From positions 2,895 to 66,894 of the forward strand of contig JAGBTZ010000043.1 of assembly GCA_017631055.1 (NCBI GenBank): 64,000 bases of DNA, read 5' to 3'. Positions 7,449 to 16,858 of this stretch are shown one piece after another. The DNA comes from Alistipes sp. (GTDB taxonomy: Bacteria > Bacteroidota > Bacteroidia > Bacteroidales > Rikenellaceae). Under the pieces are notes generated by a model. That model was given only the letters and a program-made list of their open reading frames with translations, made no database searches and was not told the DNA's origin. Position numbers and translations under genes: made by a program. Positions within the stretch are counted from its first letter, which is position 1; every line of letters begins with the position of its first letter.

Positions 7449-9248
7449 ATGAAAAGGGATATCACTTCAATCATAACTGCTCTTCTTGCTATATTTTTGG
7501 CGAGTTGTACAAACTTTTCTCAAAACACATCTCCCAAAGAGATATCCATTCGAGGCTTTGCGCAGAAAGGGCAGTTGGTCAAAGGCTCCCAAATCACAGC
7601 TTTTGCGCTGACCGACAGGGGTGTTGCAACAGGCGACAGCTACCCGGCCAATATCTCTGACGACCTCGGCTCGTTTGCGCTTGATATCTCCACAGAAGCA
7701 CCTCTGCTGGAGTTGCGAACCGAGGGGTACTACTTTAATGAGGTTACCGGCTCTATCTCGGAGGCCCCGATGTATCTTGAAGCCATAGCCCCTTCGGAGT
7801 CCTCTAATATGAATGTCAATCTATTGACAACCCTGGTCAAACCTCGAATTAAACACCTACTGGCAGATGGCATGGCGTATAACGAGGCTGTAGCCAAGGC
7901 GCAGCAGGAGTTATTACTCGCTTTGGGTGTAGAAGCCGACCTATTGCAAGACTTTAGTTCCGTTGACTTGATGGGCTCTGAAGAGGGCGATGCGGCACTG
8001 CTTGCGTATGCTTGTATAATCCAACAAGACCGCACCACAGGCGAGGTTGTTACATTGGTCCAAGCGGTTGCTTCAGAATTAGAGAATGAGGGGCAATTGT
8101 CGCAAAACACGGTCGAAACAATTATCGCCAACAGGGCTGCAGTCAAACCCTTTGCTGTGGCAAGAAACATCGCCCGGTTTTATACCGACAAGGGGATTGA
8201 CCAAAAGACCTTATCCCCATTTTACAGATATATAGATGATAGGTATGATTCGGACTTTATAATCGACACATTCGAAGAGTCCACCACCCCATCCTTAGCA
8301 CCCGACCTGAACTACTATGCCGTAGAGGCATCGTATGACATCATATCGACTTCCGATTTCGTTGTTGAGTGCGATGACGAGTTTGTTACAATCGAAAAGC
8401 GACACCTTCTCGGAGATTTCTACACGGTCTATATCCACGTTGCAGAGAACGAGGGGTCGGAAGTTCGCTCCACCGAGATTTTGTTTAAGAGCAAATCGGG
8501 AAACTTGTTGGCTAGCAAAAAGTTCTCACAAGGGGCAAATCTCCAGATTATCGAACTACAAATCGGAGAAGGGTCACGCACTGCATTAACCATCGAGGAG
8601 TTTAATCACCCCTCATTTGCGCCAAATGACCAGGTTGGAGTCAACGATATGGTTGTCGATATTGATGTTCAAAATCCCAACCTCGGCATTGTAAAACTCC
8701 CTCGCTCGAGCTCCTATTTCTTTAGTTTCCCGGCCGGCTGCATCGCCAAAGATGGGCATATTGCCAGGGTAGCGGTCAACATTCCTGCAGAGATCACAGC
8801 CTCGACCCCGATCCCCTACTATGCCGGGCTCGAGGAGTATGCCGGATTTTCTATCCCTAATCCCGCACAGGTAAAACTTAATCCTGCCGTTGCTTTGTTG
8901 GGATTCAGACCAAAAGGATTCGATCATGTGGCATATTTGATTATCTCGGGAAATGGCGCAGACGACTATATGTCAGGTGATTTCTCTTACGTCCCCGACA
9001 AAAACAGTCTGGCACATTTTCCCAACCTCAACCCCGAGGTCAAAAAGGGCAATGGCAAGAGTATGAAGCTTTCATACCAAGACTCGAATGGCGTATTTTG
9101 GGCAACATTACCCCCTATTGATTTTAATTCGGGACTTACACTCACGCTCTACAATAGCGGTGGTGAGGTGATAAAGAGTATCAAAATAGAGAATCCTTTG
9201 TCACTCAAGGCGGGAGCGCTGATGACCCTCACCATCAATAACAACTAA
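7449..9248 (+). CDS. Hypothetical modular lipoprotein with a fimbrillin-like C-terminal region
   Basis: Lipobox LASC; N-terminal GFAQKG..VKGS.ITAF..G.YFNEVTG..S domain; C-terminal FWATLPP.DF.SGLTLTLY...LSLKAG. Confidence 0.75.
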   Translation: MKRDITSIITALLAIFLASCTNFSQNTSPKEISIRGFAQKGQLVKGSQITAFALTDRGVATGDSYPANISDDLGSFALDISTEAPLLELRTEGYYFNEVTGSISEAPMYLEAIAPSESSNMNVNLLTTLVKPRIKHLLADGMAYNEAVAKAQQELLLALGVEADLLQDFSSVDLMGSEEGDAALLAYACIIQQDRTTGEVVTLVQAVASELENEGQLSQNTVETIIANRAAVKPFAVARNIARFYTDKGIDQKTLSPFYRYIDDRYDSDFIIDTFEESTTPSLAPDLNYYAVEASYDIISTSDFVVECDDEFVTIEKRHLLGDFYTVYIHVAENEGSEVRSTEILFKSKSGNLLASKKFSQGANLQIIELQIGEGSRTALTIEEFNHPSFAPNDQVGVNDMVVDIDVQNPNLGIVKLPRSSSYFFSFPAGCIAKDGHIARVAVNIPAEITASTPIPYYAGLEEYAGFSIPNPAQVKLNPAVALLGFRPKGFDHVAYLIISGNGADDYMSGDFSYVPDKNSLAHFPNLNPEVKKGNGKSMKLSYQDSNGVFWATLPPIDFNSGLTLTLYNSGGEVIKSIKIENPLSLKAGALMTLTINNN

Positions 9249-9263
9249 CATCACTACCTGGAT

Positions 9264-10736
9264 ATGTCGCCCTCAACCTCACTCCGTTGTCCGATGGTGA
9301 TTGCCGCAATACTTTTTATGGCGGGGATTGCGCTATTTGACGCGGTGGAGGTGCCGGCGTGGGCGTTGTGGGGCGGATTTATCTTATCGTTGCTCGGCGC
9401 AGCCATCTGGTTGCGTTCGCAAATCAGCAATATCTATATCGCCGTGGCGCTCATCCTCTTTGGAGGCGTGGTGGTATCATTGCGCAGTTTCAGGCCTCAG
9501 ATACCAACCGCCAATCGAATCTATCTCACCCTTGAGGTTGATGATAACCCAGTGATACGCAAAGGTTTTGCCGTAATGCCGGCACACATCACCGAGTGGG
9601 ATAACAAGGGCGAAATCCTACCCGCAGATGAGCGTATCAATCTCTATTTAGACACTCTTGTAAAGGCCAACTTCGGCACCCGTATCGAGGCTCTCGGGCG
9701 CATTGTCCCCTTTCCCGAGAAGTTCGGCTCCTACGGAGAGCTGATGACACGCCGAGGCTTTAGCGGAACGATTTTTCTGCGAGCCGATGATATTTTGGCG
9801 ATGACCCACACCGAAAAACGAACACTCCACTCGGTGACTGCCGAGCGACTCGAGCGCCTCGGTTTGGCGGGCGATGCAGCAGCCATTGTCGGGGCTATGG
9901 CTGTGGGTAATCGCAAGGGGATGACCCCCGAGTTGCGCCAGGCCTACTCGCGAGCAGGTGCATCACACATCTTGGCCGTATCGGGTCTGCATGTGGGCAT
10001 CGTTTTTATGCTCTGCAACATATTGTTGGCATGGCTGCCGCTGGTACGTCACGGTCAGATTATCCGAGCCGTAGCGGTGGTGGTACCGATATGGATCTAT
10101 GCTGCGATGTGCGGATTTTCGCCCAGCGTGGTACGAGCAGCGGTGATGTTCACGGCACTGCAAGCCGCAGTGGCAACCTCCTCACGCTACGTTTCGCTCA
10201 ATATATTGGCGGCTACGGCATTTGCAATGCTGGTTTATAGCCCCGACTACCTCTTCGACCTTAGCTTCCAACTCTCGTTTATCGCCGTGGCGGCAATAGT
10301 CGAGTGGGGAGTACCGCTAATGCGCTCTCTGCGCTCGGGCCGAAGGTGGTTAGATGCCCTCACTGCCACGATGGTTGTGGGAGCTGTGTCGGCAATCGCA
10401 ACAATGCCCTTGGTGGCACACACCTTTGGCGTGGTATCGATAGTCGGCGTGCTGCTCAATCCGATAGTGATACTCTGCGCCTATGCCATAGTAATTGTAG
10501 CCATACTATGGATTGTGATGCCTATCGGATGGCTTGCAGGAGTCTTTGGAGCAGGGCTTTCGTGGGTCGGTGCGGGGCTCAACTTCGTGGTCGAGGGCAT
10601 AGCCCTGAGGCCATGGTCGGCAGTCGAGATAGGGCTTTCGACCCGGGCCGTATGGTTGATTTATGGGGTTGCGATAGCAATAACTGCGGTTGCCCATCTC
10701 TTCGAAACGAAAAAATCGGTAAATTTGCCCCTATGA
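9264..10736 (+). CDS. comEC: ComEC/Rec2 family competence protein (no C-terminal MBL domain)
   Basis: AGASHILAVSGLHVG, G.SPSVVRAAVM, DLSFQLSF.AV; multiple TM segments. Confidence 0.88.
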   Translation: MSPSTSLRCPMVIAAILFMAGIALFDAVEVPAWALWGGFILSLLGAAIWLRSQISNIYIAVALILFGGVVVSLRSFRPQIPTANRIYLTLEVDDNPVIRKGFAVMPAHITEWDNKGEILPADERINLYLDTLVKANFGTRIEALGRIVPFPEKFGSYGELMTRRGFSGTIFLRADDILAMTHTEKRTLHSVTAERLERLGLAGDAAAIVGAMAVGNRKGMTPELRQAYSRAGASHILAVSGLHVGIVFMLCNILLAWLPLVRHGQIIRAVAVVVPIWIYAAMCGFSPSVVRAAVMFTALQAAVATSSRYVSLNILAATAFAMLVYSPDYLFDLSFQLSFIAVAAIVEWGVPLMRSLRSGRRWLDALTATMVVGAVSAIATMPLVAHTFGVVSIVGVLLNPIVILCAYAIVIVAILWIVMPIGWLAGVFGAGLSWVGAGLNFVVEGIALRPWSAVEIGLSTRAVWLIYGVAIAITAVAHLFETKKSVNLPL

Positions 10737-11884
10737 TAACACTCGAACAATATCAGTTACTCTGCACCGAGGAGGTGCGAATGGCTATTGATGCAAATAT
10801 CTCGCGCGATGCCCTTGAGGTGGCGCTCGATAAGCGCATAGCACACGCTGCCGAGGTCGCTACACAGGTTAAGTATCTGGGTCGTGCGCAGAAGAAACTG
10901 CCTTCGTACTACGAGGCACGTTGCATAATCCCCTCGCTCGCCTTCGAGCAGTCGTCGAGCGAAGAGTGCGCTGCCCACAAACCTCTCTCAGGGGGCTCGG
11001 TGCTCGATTTGACCTGCGGGCTTGGGGTCGATGCGCTCTATCTGTCCCGAAAATTCGAGCGCGTTGTCACCATCGAGCGCAACGAGGTCTTGGCAGAGGT
11101 TGCACGCGAAAATTTCCGCAGACTTGGAGCCGAAAATATCGAGGTCGTCTGCGCCGACTCTGCGGAGTTTGTTGCCACCTGCGACGACCACTTCGATTGG
11201 TGCTATGCCGACCCCGACCGCCGAGGTGCGAAGGGCGAAAAACTTGTACGGCTCGAAGATTGCTCTCCCGATATGGTTGCGCTGATGCCTCGCCTACGCT
11301 CGATTGCCGAGAGGGTCTGCATCAAGGCTTCACCGATGTTTGATGTGGAGGAGGCTCTGCGCCTGTTTGACGATTGCTCGGTAGAGGTTGTTTCGCTCGG
11401 TGACGAGTGCAAGGAGGTGCTTATCTACATAGGAGAAAAGGACCAGCGCCAAATAACTGCAACCGCTTTGGGCTTAGGTAGTTACACCAAGGACACCAAC
11501 ACCATCCCGGCCCCTCCGACACCCGAATTTCGAGGCGAGGAGTATCGTTGGTTGGTGCAGCCCGATGTTGCGTTGCAGAAGTGCCGATTGGCGAGGGCTC
11601 ACCTTGCCGGCAAGGCCGATATTTGGAGCGAGAACGGCTATGGTTTTGCCACCGAGCGACCCGAGGGCGTAATCGGTCGCATATACGAAATAGAGCAAAT
11701 CGAGCCCTTCGACCCCAAGCGCCTGAAGCGAGAGATGAAGGGGCAGAAACGACAGATTTTCAAGCGAGATTTTCCCATCTCGACCGAGCGCCTGACAGCG
11801 ATGACGGGGCTCAAAGAGGGTGGCACCAAAAAGATTGCATTCACAACAATCGGCTCCAATTTTTTGTCGATCCGATTAAAATAA
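10733..11884 (+). CDS. Class I SAM-dependent methyltransferase with THUMP-like domain
   Basis: FEQSSSE, VLDLTCGLGVD, YADPDRR, KASPMFD; ATG at 10733 overlaps the comEC stop (ATGA). Confidence 0.85.
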   Translation: MITLEQYQLLCTEEVRMAIDANISRDALEVALDKRIAHAAEVATQVKYLGRAQKKLPSYYEARCIIPSLAFEQSSSEECAAHKPLSGGSVLDLTCGLGVDALYLSRKFERVVTIERNEVLAEVARENFRRLGAENIEVVCADSAEFVATCDDHFDWCYADPDRRGAKGEKLVRLEDCSPDMVALMPRLRSIAERVCIKASPMFDVEEALRLFDDCSVEVVSLGDECKEVLIYIGEKDQRQITATALGLGSYTKDTNTIPAPPTPEFRGEEYRWLVQPDVALQKCRLARAHLAGKADIWSENGYGFATERPEGVIGRIYEIEQIEPFDPKRLKREMKGQKRQIFKRDFPISTERLTAMTGLKEGGTKKIAFTTIGSNFLSIRLK

Positions 11885-11885
11885 C

Positions 11886-11893
11886 TACCTTTG
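11886..11893 (+). promoter_or_regulatory. -7 promoter element upstream of the yihY-family gene
   Basis: TACCTTTG, 24 nt before the ATG. Confidence 0.6.
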
Positions 11894-11917
11894 GTAGTTC
11901 AAACACGGATTTGAGTT

Positions 11918-13228
11918 ATGTCGGTAAAGGAGATTATAGAGTTTTTCACGGTCACAATCTTCCACAAGGAGTTCCGTTCCTCGTGGCTCAATTGGCTTGT
12001 GCGCCAGTATAAACTCTTCTTCTACACGGCTCGCGGATTGCAGGAGCATAGTACTTTGGTGCGTTGCGCTGCGCTCACATTCTATACGCTTATCTCGATT
12101 GTGCCTATCCTGGCGGTGGTCTTTGCCATTGTCAAGGGGTTTGGCATTATCGAAGATTTGATTGAAAACCTCTACTCGCTCTTCCCGAAAAATCCCGAGA
12201 TTATCGACTACGTTGTCGAGTTTGCGAACAAGGCTCTCGAGAACACCAAGAGCGGCATCGTTGCTGCGGTCGGTATCATCACCCTCTTCTGGGCGGTGAT
12301 TAGGGTCTTCGGCTCGATAGAGAGCGCCTTCAACAACATTTGGGAGGTCACCTCATCGCGCAGCATAGCTCGCAAGTACTCGGATTATATCGCAGTGATT
12401 GTCATCGCTCCGATTTTGTGGGCAGCGGCCAATGGTATCAACTCCTATGCCCAGGAGCTCTTCGGGGGAGTGGATGCAGCCTGGATTGGATGGGTATCGA
12501 AACTGATGTCGATAGTTGTGATGTGGGTGATGTTCTCATTCTTGTACTACGTCATCCCCAATACCACGGTGCGCATCGGCTCGGCAGTCATGGCCGGCAT
12601 CGTTGCAGGTACGGCATTCATCCTCTTCCAGTGGGGATACTTCTACCTGCAGACATATATGACCTCATACAACGCCATCTACGGAAGTTTCGCGGCACTG
12701 CCACTTTTCCTTATGTGGGTGCAGTACTCGTGGATGATTCTCCTCTTTGGCGGCGAGTTGGCCTTTGCATACCAGAATATCGACAAGTTTGACGAGGAGC
12801 GCGAATCGCTACACATCAGTTACGACTCTCGCCGCAAGGTGCTACTCGGGGCGATGTTGGTTGTCGTGCGCCACTTTTCGGCAGGCAAGGGGGCCATTTC
12901 GCTCTCGGAGGTTAAGCATGCATTGAACCTACCCACCCGCATCGTCAACTCCGTGTTACGTTCGCTGGTTAAGGCGGGGCAACTTATCGAGTTGCCGGCC
13001 GAGAGTAAGGGTTTCGAGAACTCGTTTGTACCGGCAAAGGATGTGGCGACATATACGGTCTACAACATATTGGAGGCCATCGAGCAGAGCGGTAACACCT
13101 CTATTGACCTCCATTCAAGCAGTGAAATCGAGAGTGTCAGCCTGGAATTGGAGCGCATTAAGGCGGAGGCTCGCCATTCACAACAAAATCGGAAATTAGT
13201 CGAGATTAAAAACAGCGATAAGCAGTGA
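11918..13228 (+). CDS. YihY/virulence factor BrkB family membrane protein
   Basis: AALTFYTLISIVP, IESAFNNIW, YNAIYGSFAALPLFLMW; C-terminal wHTH-like extension. Confidence 0.9.
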   Translation: MSVKEIIEFFTVTIFHKEFRSSWLNWLVRQYKLFFYTARGLQEHSTLVRCAALTFYTLISIVPILAVVFAIVKGFGIIEDLIENLYSLFPKNPEIIDYVVEFANKALENTKSGIVAAVGIITLFWAVIRVFGSIESAFNNIWEVTSSRSIARKYSDYIAVIVIAPILWAAANGINSYAQELFGGVDAAWIGWVSKLMSIVVMWVMFSFLYYVIPNTTVRIGSAVMAGIVAGTAFILFQWGYFYLQTYMTSYNAIYGSFAALPLFLMWVQYSWMILLFGGELAFAYQNIDKFDEERESLHISYDSRRKVLLGAMLVVVRHFSAGKGAISLSEVKHALNLPTRIVNSVLRSLVKAGQLIELPAESKGFENSFVPAKDVATYTVYNILEAIEQSGNTSIDLHSSSEIESVSLELERIKAEARHSQQNRKLVEIKNSDKQ

Positions 13229-14004
13229 GAAGTGTAGTTATAATCGGAAGTGGCAATGTTGCCGAGGCCTTCGCAAGGGTGCTGCCCGAGCGAGGTTTCG
13301 AGGTACGACAGATTTTTGCCCGCAACCCCGAGCGAGGCAGAGCTGTGGCTCAACTTGCGCAGTGCGAGTGGAGCGACAATCCCGACCATATAGCCACCGC
13401 CGAACTCTATCTGGTGGCTGTTTCTGATTCGGCCATAACACCTCTGCTCTCGTCGTTGGTGTTGCCCGAGGGGGCCGTTGTCGCCCACACGGCTGGCTCG
13501 CAACCGCTCGAGGCGATACCCTCTGGTTTCCCCCGCCGAGCAGTCATCTACCCGCTGCAAACCTTTACCGCAGGGCGCGTGGTCGATTTCGGGGAGATTC
13601 CGCTCTTTATCGAGGCTTCGGACCAGGCTCTGCTTGCCGAGATTAGGGCGATTGCCGAGCAGTTGAGCGGAATGGTTATCGAGGCCGACTCGCAGATGCG
13701 TTCGCAGGCTCACATCTCGGGCGTTGTCGTTTGCAACTTCGTCAACCACCTCTACGCTGTGGGTGCGGAGCTGATGCGGAGTGCAGGGTTGCCCTTTGCG
13801 ACTCTCTCCCCGCTGATTGCCGAGACGGCTCGCAAGGCTATCGAGAGTGGTAATCCGTCAGCGGTGCAGACCGGACCTGCGAGGAGGAACGACCGCACAA
13901 CCATCGAGCGACACCTGCGGATGCTCGAACAAAACCCCGAGTTACAAGATATTTACGAAAAATTAAGCCAAAATATATGGAAAGAAACTTCAAAGAGAGA
14001 TTAG
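13225..14004 (+). CDS. Rossmann-like/DUF2520 domain oxidoreductase
   Basis: IIGSGNVA, AVSD, HTAGS, YPLQTF, NFVNHLY, QTGPARRND. Confidence 0.88.
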   Translation: MRSVVIIGSGNVAEAFARVLPERGFEVRQIFARNPERGRAVAQLAQCEWSDNPDHIATAELYLVAVSDSAITPLLSSLVLPEGAVVAHTAGSQPLEAIPSGFPRRAVIYPLQTFTAGRVVDFGEIPLFIEASDQALLAEIRAIAEQLSGMVIEADSQMRSQAHISGVVVCNFVNHLYAVGAELMRSAGLPFATLSPLIAETARKAIESGNPSAVQTGPARRNDRTTIERHLRMLEQNPELQDIYEKLSQNIWKETSKRD

Positions 14005-14525
14005 CCGAGGTCGAGGCCTTTGTCTTCGATGTGGATGGCGTGATGACCGATGGCAGCATTATGCCGCTGCCTGATGGGGATTTTCTGCGCCGCTATAATG
14101 CCAAGGATGGCTATGCGCTGTCGTATGCTATCAAGCACGGATACAAGGTCTGCATCATCTCGGGCGGATTTGGGTCGTTGCTCGCCTCGCGTATGCAGCG
14201 ATTGGGCGTAAAGCACATCTACACCAACTGTATGGATAAAATCAAGGCAATCCACGAGTTTGCCGAGTCGGAGGGGGTAAACCTCGAGAATACTATCTAT
14301 GTCGGTGACGATATTCCCGACCTGGAGTGTATGCGACTGGTCGGCATTCCGGTATGCCCGGCAGATGCCGCTTCGGAGATTATCGAAGCATCGTGCTACG
14401 TTTCGCAGTTTGGCGGTGGCAAGGGATGTGTTCGTGATATCGTCGAGCAGGTGTTGCGCGCGCACGGAACGTGGGCTTTGGACTCGATGGGCACAATCAG
14501 CGACAACTCGGTAGCTTCGAGATAA
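13977..14525 (+). CDS. kdsC: KdsC-family HAD phosphatase (KDO-8-phosphate phosphatase-like)
   Basis: FDVDGVMTDG, KDGYA, YVGDDIPD, GGKGCVRD. Confidence 0.85.
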   Translation: MERNFKERLAEVEAFVFDVDGVMTDGSIMPLPDGDFLRRYNAKDGYALSYAIKHGYKVCIISGGFGSLLASRMQRLGVKHIYTNCMDKIKAIHEFAESEGVNLENTIYVGDDIPDLECMRLVGIPVCPADAASEIIEASCYVSQFGGGKGCVRDIVEQVLRAHGTWALDSMGTISDNSVASR

Positions 14526-14544
14526 ACCTATAATTAAGAATTTT

Positions 14545-15834
14545 ATGTCAGAGAATAAATTGCGTTTCGAAACGCTGCAAATACACGGTGGCTACCACCC
14601 CGACCAGACTGGGTCGCGCGGTGTGGCTATATATCCTACGGCTGCATACCACTTCCGTTCGTGCGACTATGCGGCTCGTTTGTTTGAGCTCAAAGAGTTA
14701 GGCAACATCTACACCCGCTTGCAAAATCCGACAACATCGGCTTACGAGGAGCGCATTGCAGCTCTCGAAGGTGGTGTGGGAGCATTGGCTCTCTCGTCGG
14801 GTATGTCGGCACAACTTATCGCTATCACTTCGTTGGCTGATGCAGGCGATAATATCGTAGCTTCACCCTACCTCTATGGCGGAACATTCAACCAATTCAA
14901 AATTTCGTTCCGCAAGCTCGGTATCGACTGCCGACTGGCAAAGGATGAGAGCGCCGAGGAGTTGGAAAAACTCATCGACGAGCGCACCAAGGCAATCTAT
15001 GTCGAGTCGATGGGCAACCCTGGTTGCAACGTGCCCGACTTGGAGGCTATTGCCGAGTTGGCTCATCGTTACGATATCCCCTTCGTTGTGGATAATACGT
15101 TCGGCGCCGGTGGCTACCTCTGCCGACCGCTGGAGTGGGGTGCCGACATCGTTGTCGAGTCGGCTACGAAGTGGATTAACGGCCACGGTACGGCTATGGG
15201 TGGCGTGATTGTCGATGGCGGAACCTATAATTGGGGCAATGGCAAGTTCCCGGCACTCTGCGAGCCTTCGGAGGGTTATCACGGATTGAAGTTCTGGGAG
15301 ACCTTCGGCAATATGGCCTATATCGTTAAGTGCCGTGTGGATGGTCTGCGCGACTTCGGTTGCTCACCCTCAGCATTCGACTCATACCTTATGCAGTTGG
15401 GATTGGAGACCCTCTCGTTGCGTGTGAAGCACTCGGTCGAGTCTACTCGCCGCTTGGCAGAGTATTTCCGCGAGCATCCGCTTGTAAAGCGAGTAAGTTA
15501 TGTAGGCTTCGAGGATCACCCCTCGCACGAGTTGGCCAAGAAGTACTTCCGCCACGGAGCAGGTGCAGTGCTGACCGTTGAGTTGAAGGGCTCGCTCGAG
15601 ACAACGGTGCGCTTCGTGGAGTCGCTCAAGTTGGTTGCCAATATGACAATGATTGGCGACTCGATAACCGTCATTACACACCCCGCATCGACAACCCACA
15701 AGCAGTTGAGCGATGAGGACTTGGCAGCGGTAGGCATCTCGCCCACCTTGCTTCGCCTGTCGGCCGGTTTGGAGAATGTCGAGGATTTGATTGATGATTT
15801 CGAGCAGGCATTTGCGGCTGCTCTCAATGAATAA
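14545..15834 (+). CDS. metY: O-acetylhomoserine aminocarboxypropyltransferase (sulfhydrylase)
   Basis: IYTRLQNPT, LYGGT, VDNTF, PLP-lysine in SATKWINGHGT, HPASTTH. Confidence 0.92.
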   Translation: MSENKLRFETLQIHGGYHPDQTGSRGVAIYPTAAYHFRSCDYAARLFELKELGNIYTRLQNPTTSAYEERIAALEGGVGALALSSGMSAQLIAITSLADAGDNIVASPYLYGGTFNQFKISFRKLGIDCRLAKDESAEELEKLIDERTKAIYVESMGNPGCNVPDLEAIAELAHRYDIPFVVDNTFGAGGYLCRPLEWGADIVVESATKWINGHGTAMGGVIVDGGTYNWGNGKFPALCEPSEGYHGLKFWETFGNMAYIVKCRVDGLRDFGCSPSAFDSYLMQLGLETLSLRVKHSVESTRRLAEYFREHPLVKRVSYVGFEDHPSHELAKKYFRHGAGAVLTVELKGSLETTVRFVESLKLVANMTMIGDSITVITHPASTTHKQLSDEDLAAVGISPTLLRLSAGLENVEDLIDDFEQAFAAALNE

Positions 15835-16855
15835 GATGGCTGTACAATACGCATATTTCGACACTCCGTTGGAGTTGGAGAGTGGAGCAACACTCCCCGA
15901 CCTGGCCATTGCCTACTCGACCTACGGCACCCTCTCGCCTGCGAAGGATAACGTCATTTGGGTCTGCCACGCCCTGACCGCCAATTCGGAGGTCGAGGAG
16001 TGGTGGGAGCACACGGTCGAGAAGGGTCGCTTCCTCGACCCCGAGCGATGGTTTGTGGTCTGCGCCAACTTCCTCGGCTCGCACTACGGAACAACGGGAC
16101 CTCTGTCGGTCAACCCCACTACGGGCGAGAAGTGGTATGGCGACTTCCCCGAGATTACGGTGAGGGATATGGTCCACTGCCACCAACGCCTTGCCCAAAG
16201 ATTGGGTATCGGTCAGGTCGAACTGCTCATAGGTAGCTCGATAGGTGGTTTTCAGTGTATGGAGTGGGTAGTGCAAGCCCCCGACTTTGCCAAGAGAGCT
16301 GCATTTATCGCCACTACGCCCTGCTCGAAGCCGTGGGCTGTGGCCTTCAACGAGTCGCAACGTATGGCTATCGAGGCCGACCAGACCTTTGGCGAACGCA
16401 GAGATGATGCAGGTGCTACGGGTATGGCCGCTGCGCGAAGTATTGCCCTTTTGAGCTATCGCGGAGGCATCGCCTACGACCGCACACAGCAAGACCCCGA
16501 CAAGGAGAAGCTGCACGGCTATCGCGCAACAACCTATCAACAACATCAGGGCGAGAAACTGCGCCGTCGATTTAACGCCTACTCCTACTATCGCCTCTCG
16601 CAGGCGGTTGATTCGCACAACATTGCGCGTGGTCGCGGAACGCTTGAGGAGGTGTTGGGCGCAATAAAGTCAAAGGTCTTGGTGGTTGCAATCACCTCGG
16701 ATATACTCTTCCCGCCCTCGGACCACGAGGTTATGGTGAGGAATATCCCCGATGTGGAGTACCATATCATCGACTCCGATTTCGGTCACGATGGTTTTCT
16801 GGTTGAGCACGAACAACTCAATACAATTATTACGAACTTTATGCATAGAGAATAG
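15827..16855 (+). CDS. metX: Homoserine O-acyltransferase, MetX family
   Basis: CHALT, N.LGS.YGTTGP, nucleophile elbow GSSIGG, SD.LFPP, GHDGFL. Confidence 0.9.
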   Translation: MNKMAVQYAYFDTPLELESGATLPDLAIAYSTYGTLSPAKDNVIWVCHALTANSEVEEWWEHTVEKGRFLDPERWFVVCANFLGSHYGTTGPLSVNPTTGEKWYGDFPEITVRDMVHCHQRLAQRLGIGQVELLIGSSIGGFQCMEWVVQAPDFAKRAAFIATTPCSKPWAVAFNESQRMAIEADQTFGERRDDAGATGMAAARSIALLSYRGGIAYDRTQQDPDKEKLHGYRATTYQQHQGEKLRRRFNAYSYYRLSQAVDSHNIARGRGTLEEVLGAIKSKVLVVAITSDILFPPSDHEVMVRNIPDVEYHIIDSDFGHDGFLVEHEQLNTIITNFMHRE

Positions 16856-16858
16856 AAT

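Noticed and set aside
7092-9248. tRNA-anchored genomic island or prophage
   Set aside because: There is no integrase, no duplicated tRNA 3' end and no phage genes; the lipoprotein lies on the tRNA 5' side.
10304-10732. N-terminal extension of the methyltransferase ORF (and similar extensions of dnaB, lipA, the DHH gene, uvrD and ORF 799-1467)
   Set aside because: The extensions overlap neighbouring genes or promoters; downstream ATGs fit the family N-termini.
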